From the NCBI RefSeq assembly GCF_030028105.1, contig NC_092400.1, positions 30,648,206-30,712,205 of the forward strand: a stretch of DNA of 64,000 nucleotides, given 5' to 3'. Origin of the DNA: Mobula birostris. Lineage: Eukaryota. A program made the position numbers and the translations under genes. Positions within the stretch are counted from its first letter, which is position 1; each line of letters opens with the position of its first letter. Of the stretch, positions 36,152 through 49,050 are shown one piece after another. A model generated the notes under the pieces. The model worked only from the letters and a program-made list of their open reading frames with translations. It was not told the DNA's origin and did no database searches.

Positions 36152-37439
36152 GCTGTTTTAATGTTTGAAGGATTATCGGGCTGGTTTTGCTTAATCGGGG
36201 ATCTTATATTCATTTGCTCAAATTATCTATTGTGGGCTATTTAAACTGATTGACTATAAAAGGTAGAACAGAACTTGGCCATTTGCACCATCGGGCCTGG
36301 TCCACCATTCCATCATGGCCGATTTATTTGCCCTCTTAACCTCATTCTGTTGCCTTCTCCCTGTAACCTTTTATGTTTTTACCAATTGAGAACCTATCAA
36401 TCTCTGCATTAAATAAACCCAATGACCTAGCCTCCACAGCCATCTGTAGGAATGAATTCTGCAGATTTACCACCATCTGGCTGAAGAAGTACCTCCCCAT
36501 CTTTGTTCTGAAGGTTGTGTGCCCTGGTCTCCGAATGCCCCATTATAGGAAACATCCTCTGCACATCCAGTCTATTGAGACCTTTCAATTTTCAATAAGT
36601 TTCAATGAGATTTCCCCCACCTCATTCTTCTAAACTCCAGTGAGTACAACCCCAGAGCCATCATACGCTCTGCATATGTTAACCCTTTCATTCCTGGACC
36701 ATTCTTGTGATCCTCCTCTGGATGCTCTCAAATACCAGCACATCCTTTTCACCGATAATGGGCACAAAACTGTTCACAGAATTCCTAGTGTAGTCTGATC
36801 GATCACCGCTGAATTATTTTCCCATTGTGTTCTAAGTGTCCATTTTGTAAGGATCAGTGTGCTTGGTTTTTTTTATTCACACGATGTGTGTATCTCCAAC
36901 AAGATTGGTATTCAATGACAATCCATCACTACTCCTGAATGGCTTACTGGCCAGTTCAGTGAACAGTTAAAAGTCAACACATTGCTGTGAATCTGGTGAG
37001 GCAGAATGGTTTAGGAAGTCACTGAACTGGTTGGGGGTTTAAACAAGCTTAAACTTTCCTGGCAACCACCTGCAGCACCAGAGTTTACAGAGAGATATTG
37101 ACTGCCCAGTCTTTTCAGTGACAATAGGCCTTATACATTTGGATCAATGTCCAGATCTATGCAATGTCAGTCAGCTTAACTCCTGTGATCATAATCAGCA
37201 TATTTACAAATGATTCAGATGATGAGAAAGAAAGCAAAGTTTATTCATGATTGACAGATTGACACAAGGGTTTTTTTTTATTAATATGGATGCTGTTAAG
37301 GCAATTTTGGAGTTAGGACATATATCAAATAACTTCAGCCACCAATCTTCAGATCTGAATATGGACTGTAGATTGATCGTAAAATGCTCTGGAGCATGGG
37401 ATCGTAGAGGTGTGAAAACAACGATTGATTGAAGGACAG

Positions 37440-39950
37440 ACAATACCAAAATGAACAACGTCACACTTATCTGGGTTGAACTCCATCTGCCACTTCTCAG
37501 CCCTGTTTTCCAACCTATCAATGTCCCGCTGCACCCTCTGACAGCCCTCTACACTATCCACAATACCCCCAACCTTTGTGTCATCAGCAAACTTACTAAT
37601 CCATCCGTCCACTTCCTCTTCCAGGTTATTTATAAAAATCACGAAGAGCAAGGGTCCCAGAACAGATCTCTGAGGGACACCACAAGTCACCGACTTCCAT
37701 GCAGAATATGATCTGTCTACAACCACTCTTTGCCTTCTGTGGGAAAGCCAGTTCTGGATCCACAAAGCAAAGTCCCCTTGGATCCCATGCCTCCTTAGTC
37801 AAGTCAAGTCACTTTTTATTGTCATTTTGACCATAAACTGCTGGTACAGTACACAGTAAAAACAAAACAACGTTCCTCCAGGAACATGGTGCCACATAAT
37901 GCTTAATTTCTCAATAAGCCATGCATGGGGTACCTTATCAAATGCCTTGCTGAAATCCGCATACACTACATCTACTGCTCTTCCTTTCATCAATGTGTTT
38001 AGTTACATCCTCAAAAAATTCAATCAGGCTCGTAAGGCATGACCTGCCCTTGACAAAGCCATGCTGACTATTCCTAACAATATTATACCTCTCCAAATGT
38101 TCATAAATCCTGCCTCTCAGGATCTTCTCCATCAACTTACCAACCACTGAAGTAAGACTCACTGGTCCATAATTTCCTGGGCTATCTCAACTCCCTTTCT
38201 TGAATAAGGGAACAACATCCGTAACCTCCGAAACCTCTCCCGTCCCCATTGATGATGCAAAAATCATTGCCAGAGGCTCAACAATCTCCTCCCTCGCCTC
38301 CCACAGTAGCCTGGGGTACATCTCATCGGTCCCTGTGACTTATCCAACTTGATGCTTTCCAAAAAGTCCAGCACATCCTCTTTCTTAATATCTATATGCT
38401 CAAGCCTTTCAGTCTGCTGCAAGTCTTCACTACGATCACCAAGCTCCTTTTCCATAGTGAATACTGAAGTAAAATATTAATTAAGAACTTCTGGTATTTC
38501 CTCCGGTTCTATACACACTTTCCCACTGTCATTCTTGATAGGTCCTATCCTTTCTTGTCTTATCCTCTTGCTCTTCACATACTTGTAGAATGCCTTGGGG
38601 TTTTCATTAATCCTACCCACCAAGGCCTTCTCATGGCCCCTTCTGGCTCTCCTAATTTCCTTCTTAAGCTCCTTCCTGTTAGCCTTATAATCTTCTGGAT
38701 CTCTAACATTACCTAGCTCTCTGTACCTTTTGTAAGCTTTTCTTCTCGACTAGATTTACTCCAGCCTTTGTACACCACGGTTCCTGTACCCTACCATAAC
38801 TTCCCTGTCTCATTGGAATGTACCTATGCAGAACTCCACACAAATATCCCCTGAACATTTGCCGCATTTCTTCTGTACCTTTCCCTGAGAACATCTGTTC
38901 CCAATTTAAGCTTCCAAGTTCCTGCCTGATAGCCTCATAATTCCTCTTACTCCAGTTAAACACTTTTCTAACTTGTCTGTACCTATCTCTCTCCAAGGCT
39001 ATTGTAAAGGAGATAGAATTATGATCACTATCTCCAAAATGCTCTCCTACTGAGAGATCTGACACCTGACCAGGTTCATTTCCCAATACCAAATGAAGTA
39101 CAGACTCTCCTCTTGTAGGCTTATCTACATATTGTGTCAAGAAACCTTCCTGAACACACCTATCAAACTCCACCCCATCTAAACTCCTTGCTCTGGGAAG
39201 ATGTCAATCGACATTTGGGAAATTAAAATCTCCCACCATGACAACTCTGTTATTATTACACATTTCCAGGGTCTGTTACCTTATCTGCTCCTTGATATCC
39301 CTGTTACTATTGGGCGGCCTATAAAAAACACCCACTAGAGTTATTGACCCCTTCCTGTTCCTAACCTCCACCCACAGAGACTCCGTAGACAATCTCTCCA
39401 TGTTGTCCACCTTTTCTGCTGCCGTGACACTATCTCTGATCAACAGTGCCACGCCCCCACCTCTTTTACCTCCCTCCCTGTCCTTTCTGAAACATCTAAA
39501 ACCTGGCACTTGAAGTAACCATTCCTGTGCCTGAGCCATCCAAGTCTCTGCAATGGCTACCACATCATAGCTCCAAGTACTGATCCACGCTCTGAGCTCC
39601 TCCTCTTTGTTCACAATACTCCTTGCATTAAAATAGACACCGTCGGTCTGAATGCTTCCCTTCTTTATCACCTGCCTATCCTCCCTCACACACTGTCTCC
39701 AAGCTTTCTCTATTTGTGAGCCAACCGCCTCTTCCCCAGTCTCTTCAGTTCAGTTCCCTGACCAGACGAAGGTCATCGAGCTGCATCTCCAGTTCCCTAA
39801 TGTGGTTCCTTAGGAGCTGCAGCTCGACACACTGGGTGCAGATATGGCCATCTGGGAGGCTGGGAGACTCCAGGACTTCCCACATCCGACACTGAGCACA
39901 GAAAACCGGCCTCTCATATATTCTTCCGTTCCGCAATTAACGCAGGTAAA
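37440..39950 (-). mobile_element. Decayed CR1 LINE (ORF1 Zn-finger remnant, APE endonuclease, RT)
   Basis: Minus-strand peptides CAQCRMWEV...CTQCVEL; YFNARSIVNK...AIAETW; VGVFYRPP; FGDSDHNSI; GVPQRSVLGPLLF...KFADDT. Confidence 0.88.
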
Positions 39951-41768
39951 CCTACTTTGCCCCGTCCCATTACCGCCAAAGCCCTCTCACTTCACTGCCC
40001 GCTCCGAACAGAATGTGACAATTATGTGTGGTTCAGAGAAAGCATTGCAAATACATTGTAAATATAGAAGGGTCCTTTTATCTTTAGTGTATAAAACGTC
40101 ATGTTGTCTTGTGTTGAGCAGACCTCTTCCTCTGAAAAGGGCTCAATATGATGCCTGCCATGTCTCATTTTGTTGAATTAAGAGACAGCTTCATATCTAC
40201 CAGCTACTTCTCTCTGGTGACTTTGTTCATGTGACAACAGGAGCAAGATTTACACTGGCAGGTAATATTAATTGTTCAAGCGAATAAGCAATACTTTGGG
40301 AAATAGATATCCATGCAGGAGAATTTAAGTTTATCTACGTTGGCCTAAATATTGGAAGTGCAGCATGAGTATTTAAAAGATGGAATGATTAAAGTAATCT
40401 TTACAGGTTCAGGGTACAGTCAAAGGGCCAGTAGATGGTTGTCCTTTATACTGAGGTATTGAACAGTGGAGGACATAGGATTCATTACGGCTGCACGAAC
40501 TTTGGTTCAATCACCACATGAGTACTTCTGAACAGCACCAGCATAGATGGGATATAATAGCCCAGACAGAGAGAGTGACAAAGACTTAAGTTCAACTTCA
40601 ACTTCAAGTCTATTGTCATTCAACTATACATACGTATACAACTAATATGAACCATCGTTCCTCTGCGGACAAGATGCAAAACACATACAGCACATATAGT
40701 GATGACCAAGCACATAATAACATTAGCACAATGCAGAATGATTGCAGGACTCCAGGGTTAAATTATGAGGTGAAATAACAGTCTCATTTGAAATCCTTGG
40801 AATTTAACAGGGTAAGGATGACTTGGTTTACGTTTCCAAGGTAAAGGTGTATAATTGACAGAGCTATATACGATAATAAGAAGCAGTGATAGAGTAGACA
40901 GCCAGAGCCTTTTTTTTTCCAGAGTGGAAATGGCTAATACAAGAAGAGATAATTTTCAGGTGATTGGAGGTAATTGGCTCCCCACACAGACTTCCAATCT
41001 GCGCCTTGTAAGGCATGAAAATACCCAACACAGGCCTCCCACGGTCTGAGTTAACATTCCCCCCTCCCCTCCCTCTGCTTTTTTGGAGGAATGTGTAGGA
41101 GAGTGGTAATTGTGTGGAACGCATTGCCAGAAGAGCGGGTAAAGGCAATACATTATGGAGATTTACCAGTTTCTTAGGCTACGTCCACACTAGACTGGAT
41201 AATTTTGAAAACGCCGGTTTCGCGTAAAAACGATAGGCACCCACATGAGGCATTCTTGAAAATACCTCCGTCCACATTAAAGCGGGTATTTGGGCAAATC
41301 TCCTCCAACTGGGCGTGCGCAGGACACACAGAAAACAAGCGAAGAGGAAATGGTATACTTGGTGCATGTTTGTCCAGTTACACACTTGAAAAGCTTAAAA
41401 GGAAATTGCGAAATGAAAGACTTGGTGCGCGTTTGTCCAGAAGGATCTCCTACAGCCAGTCTCTTCACCGATGAAAGGGATGACAGCTACAACAAAATGC
41501 ATTAAGGCTTGTTACTGGGCAAAAGTGAAATTTGCTGTTACCTCATTTGTTTGCCTTTACTTTTGCCGTGTCTTTATGTATTATTTTGCTGTATTAACAT
41601 GTGCAATAAAACGAGTTACTGGATAGAAGTGACAATTACATCTATTGAATGTTTGCACAAGCAATACCTTAATAAAGCACCTTGTTAAATGTATAAAATA
41701 TGTCTGCAACACACATCAAAGTTGCTGGTGAACGCAGCAGGCCAGGCAGCATCTCTAGGAAAAGGTAC

Positions 41769-41804
41769 GGTCGACGTTTCGGGCCGAGACCCTTCATCAG
41801 GACT
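41769..41804 (-). ncRNA. Minimal type I hammerhead ribozyme motif in a Penelope-derived repeat (about 41705-41880)
   Basis: Minus strand reads AGTC-CTGATGA-AGGG-TCTCGG-CCC-GAAA-C-GTC-GACC. Core boxes are intact, with stem II GGG/CCC, a palindromic ACGT stem III and stem I GTC/GAC. Confidence 0.65.
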
Positions 41805-41879
41805 AACTGAAAGAAGAGCCAGTAAGAGATTTGAAAGTGGGAGGGGGAGGGGGATATCCAAAATGATAGGAGAAGACCG

Positions 41880-42646
41880 ATTCTAGTTCCGGGCTGGCTA
41901 CATAAATAGCTCCTGGATTCAGCTTGGGGTGCTGGACTGTTCCCTTCCCTCTCCCTTCTGCCTGAAACCTTCAGCTGCAACCTTGTCAGTATCCCCGCCA
42001 AGTGCAACACCACTGGAGTGAGACCAGAGCTTTGCCACGCCAAGATAAGGAGCTATCTAACATTGAGTTTGGGTCCTGGCTCTGTGTTCCATGTTCCTGT
42101 GTTCCTGTCTCTCAAGTCCAGGTGCCATGTTCCAGCCCTGTCTAAGTCTGAGCTTCGTGTCCTCGCCCAGCCCACGAGTGCATCACCCAGCCCGGCGCTG
42201 GAGTTCCCTCGCCCTGTCCAGTCCAAGTCCAGGAACCTCGCCCGGTCCAAGCCAAGTCCTAGAACCTCACCCTGTCCAAGCCAAGGCTTTGTTTTCTCGT
42301 CCTGTCCATGTGCCTCGTCCTGTGCAGGAGTTCCACGTCCAATCTTGAGTCCCAGCCTAGAACCGGGTTCCGGTTCCGAGTCAGGACCCAGGTTCCGAGT
42401 CCCAACCAAGACCCAAGTTCCAGGTCCTTGTCCAGACGCTGGTTCAGGAGTTCCTAGTTCCACGTCCGGGTCCTGTGCTTCTAGCCCAAGTCCTTGCCCA
42501 GGCCCTGAATCCTAGTCTCATCCAGGGCCTGTGTCAATGTCTAGCATTGTTTCTTCCCTTGCTTTCCTGTCAAACCTAGTCCTGTTCCTAGTACTCCAGT
42601 GTCCTTGTCTTGTATTTGGGTCCGCCATCGACGCACACTTGTAACA
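41880..42646 (+). mobile_element. 5'-truncated LTR related to 17788-18944
   Basis: Shared repetitive internal motifs and 3' terminus (...TTTGGGTCCG...CTTGTAACA). Confidence 0.6.
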
Positions 42647-43377
42647 TGGTGTCACTGTTTAATTTGCACATGTGCAAGTTATTGATAATTTATGTAATTT
42701 AAGTTTATTTTAACTTATGCTTCTCCTCATCTTGTAATTATCTGCAAAAAGCTCATTGTTATGGCATTTACACCCTGCCAATGTATGTCTACAATAATAG
42801 CAGACGTGAACTCTACAAGTTCAGAGTAAATTTATTATCAAAGTGTATATGTCAGCATATACCACCCTGAGATTAATTTTCTTGCAGGTTTTAAAACACA
42901 GAAATACATAGAATTAATGAAAAACTACACACTGACAACCAATTTGAAAATAAAAAGAAACTGTTCAAATATAAAATAATACTATAAAATAGTTAAATAA
43001 AGAATACTGAGAACATCAGTGATTGAATTTGAGTCCACAGGCTATGGAATCAGTTCAGTGTTGAGGTGAGTGAAGTGTCGGGGTTAATACTGTCCCTGAA
43101 CCTGGTGGTGTCCGACCTAAAATGACGAAATTTACTGGGTTTCCACATGCCTCCGGGGTAGAGAGTTATCCATTCTCCATCTCAGAGTTCAATTCTTCCT
43201 GTCAACGATGTCTCTTGGTCGCAGGCTACCCAGTAAGAGGAAACATTATCACTGCATCTCACCTGTCAGTCACTTTAACCGTGGCCTCACTCTACCAGAG
43301 ATACAAAATTCCCTTTGTCTGCTCTCTGCACTTAACGATAACTTGTTCTCTCCGATCTCTAACACTTGCTGCCTGCT

Positions 43378-45433
43378 GATATTTTTTCCTACAGTTTCCT
43401 GCTTCTGACTTTGAACGTTTCCTCTGTTAACAGCAACGTCAGATCTCGAAATCGAAACTTAGCCTGAGAACGGGGAAATGAAAACTTGTGCAAAACAATG
43501 TTTGAACTTCAGCCTGTGAATCGACACAAAGATTGTTTACTTGTGTTGAAACAACACCTCTCATCTCCACTCGTTCGATTAACCCTGGGCTGTACTCTTC
43601 GCAGTGAAACTTAACAGGGTTGCTTCCATTTACTGTATTGCTGAGGTCAGAATTTACACAGAGGGGCCACTGCACTCCTGTAGTAATTATGGCGCAGAAC
43701 GCGTCACGGTTATGTCCTGGGCTTTCGGAGCTTTGCAATAAGTGACCTTAATTCTTTTTTTTCACAGTTAGTATCAAACATCCTACTGAGTGTTTAGTTT
43801 CACAGCACATTGCGTATCATTCACTCGGACAAGCCGATCTGTTCCCTTTCTGATTGGATGAGCTGTAAAGATAGGCATGCAAGTTGTCCAATAGAAGAGG
43901 GAGTGGGCTGGATGTTTGGGACAACATAACGCATGAAGAATGAGCCAAAGAGCAGTTTGATAATAGGTTTGTTTTATTCCAGTCCATTTGGACACCTGCT
44001 GCCCTTTCCAACCCAATTCCACAGAACATTTAATTTCAAATTCAAAGAAAATTTTATTATCAAAGTAGATATATGTCATTATATACAATCCTGAGATTCA
44101 TTTTCTTGTCTCTATAATAGTAACTATAACAGGATTAATGAAAGACCAACCAGAGCGCAGAAGACAACAAACTGTGCAAATGCAAATACAGTATAAATAA
44201 ATGGTAATAAATAACAAGAACATGAGATAATGAGATAAAGAGTCCCTAAAAGTGAGATCATTGGTCGTGGGAAGGTTTCAATGATGGGCAAGCACGAGGC
44301 CCTTCATTTTATTCACGAGACTAATGGTTAGGGGGTAGTAACTGTTCCTGAACCTGGTGGTGGGAGCCCAGAGGCTCTTGTGCCTTCTACCTGATGGCAG
44401 AAGCGAAAAGAATGCATGTCCTGGGAGATGGGGATCTCTGATGAGGGATGCTGCTTTCCTATGACAGCATTTCATGTAGATATTTTTTTCTAGAGTTTCC
44501 TGGTTCTGACTTTGAACATTTCCTCTGTTATTTGCAACGTCAGATCTTGAAATCGAAACTTAGCCCGAGAACGGGGTAATGGAAACTTGTGCAAAAAAAT
44601 GTTTGCTGAACACCAGCCTGTGAATTGACACAAAGATTGTTCACTTGTGTTGAAACAACACCGTTCATCTCCACTCCTTTGATTAACCCTGGGCTGTACT
44701 CTTCGCAGTGAAACTTAATATGATTGCTTCCATTTATTGCTGAGGTCCGAATTTACACATAGGGCCACTGCACTCCTGAAGCAATTGTGGTGCAGAACGC
44801 ATCGCGGCTGTGTTCTGGGCTTTCTGAGCTTTGCAATAAGTGACTTTCATTCTCTTTTTACATGCCTGATGTATAAAAAAAGGGATGTAAACAGGATTTG
44901 TTTTATTCCACTCCATTTTGACATCTGCAGCCCTTTCCAGCCTAATTCCACAGAACACTTAACTTCAAATTCAAAGTAAATTTTATTATCAAAGTACATA
45001 TATGCCATCATTTTCATCGTTTTCCCTAAGATTCATTTTCTTGTGGGCATAATCAGCAAATCTATATAGTAGTAACTATAACAGGATTAATGAAAGATCA
45101 ACCAGAGTGCAGAAGACAACAAACTGCGCAAATGCAAATACAGTATAAATAAACGGTAATAAGTAATAAGAACATGAGATAATGAGATAAAGGTTCCCTA
45201 AAAGTGAGATCATTGGTTGTGGGAAGGTTTCAATGATGGGGCAAGCACGAGGCCCTTCATTTTATTCACGAGACTAATGGTTAAGGGTCAGTAACTGTTC
45301 CTGAACTTGGTGGTGGGAGCCCTGAGGCCATTGTGCCTTCTACCTGATGGCAGAAGCAAAAAGAATGCATGTCCTGGGAGATGGGGATCTCTGATGAGGG
45401 ATGCTGCTTTCCTGTGATAGCATTTCATGTAGA
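43378..45433. repeat. Tandem duplication of an ~1 kb unit (43378-44480 and 44479-45433) carrying ISRE motifs and a Rex-like fragment
   Basis: Colinear direct repeat. GAAATCGAAACT occurs at 43448-43459 and 44549-44560. Confidence 0.85.
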
Positions 45434-46339
45434 CGTGCTCAGTGGTCAGCACGGTTTTACCTGTGATGAACTTCCCCATAGAACAAACATGTGTCCATCT
45501 CGGTCTGGGATATATAATCATTCATTCTTCACCTCTCTCCTCATTTTTGAAAATATGCCCTCTCCCACAACTCATGTACTTGTTCACCATCTGTCTCATC
45601 GATTCCTCTCAGACTGTCAGTGAGAAAACCTCTCATCTTTCTGTAACTCCAGTGGGTATAATTTCCAAAGAGGAAATGACCAACCCCTCAACCTTGCCTC
45701 ATAAAACAGCTTTTGATCCCAGGAATCAAGCTTACAAACTGTTTCCCATCTTCCCATGAATAAGCAGACCAGAAAGAATGCTCAGATAGCACTCCACACA
45801 TTGCCTCAGTAATGCTCCGTTGAGTTGTATGGAGACATTTCCTTCTTTCACACTCCACCGCATTGGCTACAAGGTACAGATTCCAATTGTGTTCCCAATT
45901 ACTTGTTGTCCCTGTATGCTAATTCTCATGCTTCCTGTATGGTTCCTCTGCATAACAACATTCTCGAAGACAGACGTTCCCCACTGGGAGTCCACAGACC
46001 CCTCAGTTAATGTTGGGGTCCAGTGCGTATAACAAGCTTGAGATCCCCTGCTCTAGGACCATGTTTTTATCCTTTTCTTCTAAAGTGGACAACCTCATTT
46101 TTCCTATATTTCATTCTGTTTCTCACACATGTAACTTATAACACATCGCTTCACAGCTTCACTGTATTCTCCTCCAATGTGCTTTCCCACTGAAGTATTC
46201 AGCAAATATACATACAACACACTGACATGAACAGAAGTCTGTCCAACTGCTAAAATAGCACTGTCCAGACTCCACCTGTGGAGAGTTTGAACAATGGTTG
46301 CAAGAGGTTGACAGCACTGGCTTTCCAGGGCGGTTTAAG

Positions 46340-49050
46340 GCATGGATTTACCAGCACGGTGTTCTACCAAGAATCCCCTAGGAGTTTCCAGTTTCCACTG
46401 CTGCTGAATTAGAGAGGGTAGTCAGCCAGTTCCTGCGAAGATGGCTGGGTTTACCGAGGAACATCAGCAGCATCGCTCCGTACAGGAATAACTGCAAACC
46501 GAGGCTCCCCCTGAAGTCCATCGAGGAGGAGTTCAAGGTTTGGCGAGCAAGAGAGGTGCTGCAGTTCTGGGAGTCTTCAGATCCAAAAAGGTTGCTGGAG
46601 CAAGAGTGGCAGTGAGAACTGGAAGAAAGTGGAGAGCAGAGGCTGCAGTGGAAGAAGCTGAGGCACGACTGTGCCACAAAGTGCTGGTGGGGACAGTTGC
46701 CAAGGGAAGAGTTGGACTTGGAAGCCTTGAAGTCCCCCATTTTGACAAAGTACAAGGGAAGGAGTCACAAGAACTGGTCCGGAATGAAGTAAGGGCAGCT
46801 GTGGAGGAGGAGAGGATCAGCAGAGCAGTGGCAATGAAACAGCAGGGAGCCTGGACCAAATGGGAGCAGGTGATCAAGCGAAAGATCACGTGGAACGATC
46901 TCTGGAAGGTGGATCCATACTGCATCAAGTTCCTTATCCAGGCTGTTTATAGAGAACAAGGTGGATGATCTTAAAAGGAGACTCACCTAATGCAGGGAGA
47001 TGCAGAACTGCTGTGTATTCTGTTTCACCAAGACCTGGCTCTCCCCTGCCACCCCCGACTGTGCCATCCGACCGGAGAGATTTATGATCCATCGGATGGA
47101 CCGCACGGCATCTTCGGGCAAGACGAAAGGAGGTGGTGTCTGCTTACTGATCAGCACTGGGTGGTGCTCGGACACAGTGGCACGGACAAACTCCTGCAGC
47201 CCAGACCTGGAACACCTGTTGGTGAAGTGTTGTCCCTACTATCTGCCACGGGAATTCACCTAGGTCATACTGACAGCGGTCTACATTCCCCCCCAGGTGG
47301 ACGTGGAGTGTGCTCTGAACATACTGTGTGCCAACATCAGTGAACTTGAGACCAGGTATCTGGAGGCTTTGATCATTACGGCCGGGGACTTTAACCAGGG
47401 CAACCTCAGAAAGGCACTGCCAAAGTTATACCAACATGTCTGCTGCTCCACTAGAGGCCTGAATATACTTGACCACTGCTACACAGCAGTCAAGGATGCC
47501 TACCATTCCGTCCCACGACCTCGCTTCGGAAAATCGGACCATCAGGCCATACTCCTCCTCTCGGCTTACAAACAGAAACTGAAGCGGGAGGTCACGGTGT
47601 CAAAAGTAGTGTTGCGTTGGACGGAGGAAACGGATGAGGTCCTCCGTGACTGCTTTGAATCAGTGGACTGGTTAGTATTCAAGAATTCGTCAGCTAACCT
47701 CGATGAGTATGCCTCAGCTGTCATGGACTTTATTTGGAAATGCACGGACACTGTGAGTCTCGCAAGACGATCCGGGTATTCCCTAACCAGAAACCTTGGA
47801 TGAATTATGAGGTCAAGTCCCTTTTAAAGGCTAGGGCTGCGGCTTTTAGGTCCAGGGATACCAGTTGCTACATGGAATCCAGGCGTGAACTCCGGAAAGC
47901 CATTAAGGGCGCCAAGAGGCAATATTGAGCCTAGTTGGAAGCCCAGGCTTGCATTTGGGTCCATTCCCAACGCCCCCATTGTGAAACTTGAAGTCCCCCA
48001 TTTTGACAAAGTACAAGGGAAAGAGTGACGAGAACTGGTTCAGAATGAAGTAGGGGCAGCTGTGGAGGAGGAGAGGACCAGCAGAGCAGTGGCAATGAAA
48101 CAACAGGGAGCCTGGACCAAATGGGAGCAGGTGATCGAGCGAAAGATCACGTGGAATGATCTCTGGAAGGTGGATCCACACCACATCAAGTTCCTTATCC
48201 AGGCTGTTTATGACATCCATCCTAGCCCATCCAACCTGCACTGCTGGGGCCTTGCAGAACGACCAGCTTGCACCCTCTGTGAGAAGACCAGTACGCTAGA
48301 GTACATTCTGAGCTGCTGCCCCAGAGCTCTTGCCGATGGCCGTTATCAGTGGCAGCATGACCAGGTCCTCCGGACAATTGCTAAAATATCTGCAGCACCC
48401 CTAACATCTGCCGGAAAACAAGTCCGGTCAAGAATACCATCTGCTTTGTCAAAGAGGGGGAAAATCGAACAGAACACCAGAAAGCAACCGGGTTGCTCTT
48501 CACTTCACAGTATTGGAAGCTAAAATCAGACCTGGGAAAACAGCTGCAGTTTCCACCCCACATCACAGAGACTACATTGCGACCTGACGTTGTGTTTGTG
48601 GTCTGACCCATTGAAGCACGTTTTTATGCTTGAGCTTACCGTGCCGTTGGAAGAACGCATGGAGGAGGCCTACGAGCAGAAAAGAGCTAAGTATGAGGAT
48701 CTGAAGAACAACTGCCAAAGAAGAGGCTGGAGAGCAAAGTTTTGGCCCATGGAGGTCGGGTGTCGTGGCTTTGCAGGCCAGTCACGCTCAAAGTATACAC
48801 TGCACTTGGAATCACGGGAGAGACAAGAAGGAGAGCCATTTCTACCGCCATAGATGCAGCAGAGAAAGCGTCAAGATGGCTCTGGATAAAGAGGGCAGAT
48901 CCGTGGATTGCTGCTAGGGCACAGGCCAGGGTCTGATCAACCCCGGTCGGGTCACCTGGGCGAGGGTGTACGATGTTGAAAGACCCAAAACACCTGTTTG
49001 ACCCCAGGTAACATCACTGATGCTGTGTCCTAGCTTAGCATCATACAGAT
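46340..49050 (+). mobile_element. Hero-clade (R2-group) non-LTR retrotransposon 3' part with restriction-like endonuclease, interrupted and partly duplicated
   Basis: CCHC-like CTLC...LEYILSCC, HDQVL, RPD, MLELTVPLEERMEEAYEQKRAKYEDL, EVGCRGF. Confidence 0.8.
46951..47950 (+). mobile_element. Rex1/Babar-like APE endonuclease fragment
   Basis: Peptides CFTKTWL, SGKTKGGGVC, AGDFNQ, ILDHCY, GKSDH. Confidence 0.75.

Noticed and set aside
41177-41700. Harbinger-like MITE starting GGCTACGTCCACACT after TTA
   Set aside because: Only one terminus is visible, with no matching TIR or TSD, so it was not listed as a feature.
42018-42515. Pro/Ser-rich ORFs, and similar ones at 17446-17991 and 21874-22413
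   Set aside because: These are low-complexity translations of LTR and Penelope repeat sequence.
42647-42660. TGGTGTCA after the LTR end as a tRNA primer-binding site
   Set aside because: The match is only about 8 nt and no internal retroelement sequence follows.
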